A DNA stretch of 8,921 nucleotides, taken from the IMG/VR virus record IMGVR_UViG_2671180636_000006, one strand, 5' to 3'. Numbering within the stretch: the stretch's first letter is position 1; each line of letters starts with the position of its first letter. A program made the position numbers and the translations under genes. Origin of the DNA: a virus. Its lineage: Duplodnaviria > Heunggongvirae > Uroviricota > Caudoviricetes. Under the pieces are notes generated by a model. It was given only the letters and a program-made list of their open reading frames with translations, did not search any database and had not been told where the DNA came from. Of this stretch, positions 7,305 through 8,921 are shown piece by piece.

Positions 7305-8513
7305 TTTGAGACCAGGCTCGGGGAAACCCGATACCGCCTGGCTGACGGCTCGTTGCTGTGCAAAGACGTGCCGATAGGACGAACAGGTAAGCAGCTCTAT
7401 GGTGCTGATGACCTGCCAAAACTGAAACCCGATAAGTTCGGTGAAATAGTCGTCACGCGTTCTCCTGAGCAGGTATTCCATCCGGCCACGCTTGCCTCAT
7501 TCGAAGGGATGAGCATCACGATCCTGCATCCTGAAGATGAAAACGGGAATGTGCGGCTGGTAAATCCCGAGAACTGGAAAGAGCTTGCTGTCGGGCACCT
7601 CCAGAATGTCCGGCGCGGGACGGGTGAGCAGTCTGATTTGATGCTGGCTGACCTTATCGTCAAAGACGAAAGCGCCATTCAGCTTATCGAAGATGGCCTG
7701 CGCGAAGTGTCGTGCGGCTATGACGCGGAGTACGAGCAGACCGAGCCAGGTAAAGCCGAGCAGGTCGATATTACCGGAAACCATGTGGCTCTTGTCCCTA
7801 AAGGCAGAGCCGGAAATCGTTGTGCAATTGGAGACAGAGACACAATGGCAAATCAAAAGAAAAACTGGTGGAACCGCATGCGTGCGGCCATCAAGACAGG
7901 AGATGCCGACACCATGAACGAACTGGTGGAGTCGGCTCCCGCATCGGTTACAGGAGATGAGGGGGATTTGCCGCAGGGCGTTAATCTCAACATCAACCTG
8001 TCCCCGCAGCAACCACTACCGGACAAAGCACCAGAGATGGGCGGAGATCCAACCGGCGACAGTGATGATGACCTCAAAACATTACTGAAAGCCCTGCTGG
8101 CTAAGCTGGAAAGAAATGCCACGGGCGATAACGATAATAAGCCTGACGATAATCCGACCGGTGACGGCGAGGACGATGAAGAGGAAACCACGATTACTGG
8201 TGACTCAGCCTGGCGTGCCGAAGTTATCGTTCCGGGTATCGATCTGAGCCGTAAGATGAAACCGACCGCGTTCAAACGCGAGGTTCTGGCTTCTGCTGAC
8301 AAAACGCTGGTTCGCCAGATAGTCGGTGATGCGGATATCCGCAAATTACCGAAACAATCGGTCGACATGGCGTTTAATGCCGTGTCTGAGGTTGCCAAAG
8401 GGCGAAACACCCGCGCCACCACCGGCGATGCACAGCGCCTAAACATGGGCATGACCAGTATCGCTTCCCTGAACAAACAAAACGCTGAATTCTGGGCAAA
8501 CCGTAAAGGGTAA
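7305..8513 (+). CDS. Head assembly protein, probable scaffold (possibly scaffold/protease-type) with a conserved N-terminal domain and an acidic repeat-containing C-terminal half; true start is in the masked run upstream
   Basis: Open frame from the first unmasked base (FETRLGETRYRLADGSLLCKDVPIGRTGKQ...) to TAA 8511-8513. The 7353 start in the ORF track is a TTG and the frame is already open before it. Position between the Mu-F-like gene and a capsid-associated gene. Acidic, low-complexity C-terminal half (GDSDDDLKTLLKALLAKLERNATGDNDNKPDDNPTGDGEDDEEE) is typical of scaffolds. Confidence 0.55.
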   Translation, partial: FETRLGETRYRLADGSLLCKDVPIGRTGKQLYGADDLPKLKPDKFGEIVVTRSPEQVFHPATLASFEGMSITILHPEDENGNVRLVNPENWKELAVGHLQNVRRGTGEQSDLMLADLIVKDESAIQLIEDGLREVSCGYDAEYEQTEPGKAEQVDITGNHVALVPKGRAGNRCAIGDRDTMANQKKNWWNRMRAAIKTGDADTMNELVESAPASVTGDEGDLPQGVNLNINLSPQQPLPDKAPEMGGDPTGDSDDDLKTLLKALLAKLERNATGDNDNKPDDNPTGDGEDDEEETTITGDSAWRAEVIVPGIDLSRKMKPTAFKREVLASADKTLVRQIVGDADIRKLPKQSVDMAFNAVSEVAKGRNTRATTGDAQRLNMGMTSIASLNKQNAEFWANRKG

Positions 8514-8516
8514 AAA

Positions 8517-8921
8517 ATGAATAATGTATTTCTGTACCGGATGCCTGTTGGCATTGCCGGGGCTGTCTCTCGCCCGCAGGACTTAACCGTCGAACCGGTG
8601 GTCCTTAAATCCGATAACGCCTTCGCTGCCTATGGCCTGGCTGGTAAATACGATGATGACGGTTTTTTCGTGCCGCTGGCAGATGGTGATACCGCAGACA
8701 AGGTGAAGGGGATCTACGTGCGCCCTTATCCGACCACGTCGCAGCCGGACATGGTTCGCCAGGTGGGAACAGGCAAGAACTTCCCGGGCGACGCCATGAA
8801 GCGTGGCTACGTGACCGTTAATCTCGGTTCTGATTTTGATGCCAGCACTATCAAAAAAGGCGATCCGGTATACGTTGTCGTCTCCACTGATGAATCCATC
8901 AAAGTGCCGCTGGGTGGATTC
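8517..8921 (+). CDS. Phage capsid-associated structural protein (head decoration-like or capsid protein), N-terminal 135 codons; continues past the window end
   Basis: ATG 8517 preceded by AAGGG at 6-nt spacing, 4 bp after the scaffold stop. Open to the window end: MNNVFLYRMPVGIAGAVSRPQDLTVEPVVLKSDNAFAAYGLAGKYDDDGFFVPLADGDTADKVKGIYVRPYP... Product inferred mainly from position in the head module. Confidence 0.5.
   Translation, partial: MNNVFLYRMPVGIAGAVSRPQDLTVEPVVLKSDNAFAAYGLAGKYDDDGFFVPLADGDTADKVKGIYVRPYPTTSQPDMVRQVGTGKNFPGDAMKRGYVTVNLGSDFDASTIKKGDPVYVVVSTDESIKVPLGGF

Noticed and set aside
1411-7481. Long ORFs in the track whose translations are mostly X (for example 1411..2286, 1628..2674, 1688..2656 -, 3749..4786 -, 3764..4738, 4128..4841 -, 5934..7256 N-terminal part, 6053..7165 -, 6084..7481 -, 6829..7419 -)
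   Set aside because: They exist only because N runs contain no stop codons; the masked parts carry no information. Only the unmasked ends were used, and only where they are protein-like and fit an adjacent gene.
2625-8554. Minus-strand ORFs antisense to the late genes (2625..2978, 2699..2950, 3086..3328, 3156..3536, 4838..5101, 5276..5725, 7397..7678, 7497..8012, 7853..8554) and the + strand ORF 7693..7917
   Set aside because: Each lies entirely inside a well-supported + strand gene, has low-complexity or Ser/Arg/Cys-rich composition, and has no convincing start context. They are typical shadow ORFs.

Overview
This window is the late region (lysis plus head morphogenesis) of a lambdoid-type enterobacterial phage or prophage, with every supportable gene on the + strand. 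In order: the 3' end of a tRNA (1-33); an AT-rich non-coding leader of about 680 bp with several inverted repeats and a strong intrinsic terminator (647-682); a phage-21-like lysis cassette (pinholin S, SAR endolysin R, Rz with embedded Rz1); terminase small and large subunits; portal; a Mu-F-like head morphogenesis protein; an acidic scaffold-like protein; and the start of a capsid-associated structural protein. About 31% of the window is masked as N (2748 positions in 7 runs plus one single n at 1591), so several genes are only partly visible and their ends cannot be set. No defence system, CRISPR array, integrase or IS element is visible in the unmasked sequence, and I do not see a convincing novel system. 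The points most worth a second look are: two in-frame TAG codons in the portal gene; terminase-large fragments lying in three different frames; a non-canonical holin/endolysin junction; and strand-specific RNA structure in the leader between the tRNA and the holin. All family assignments rest on recalled similarity and reading the sequence by eye; no database search was run.
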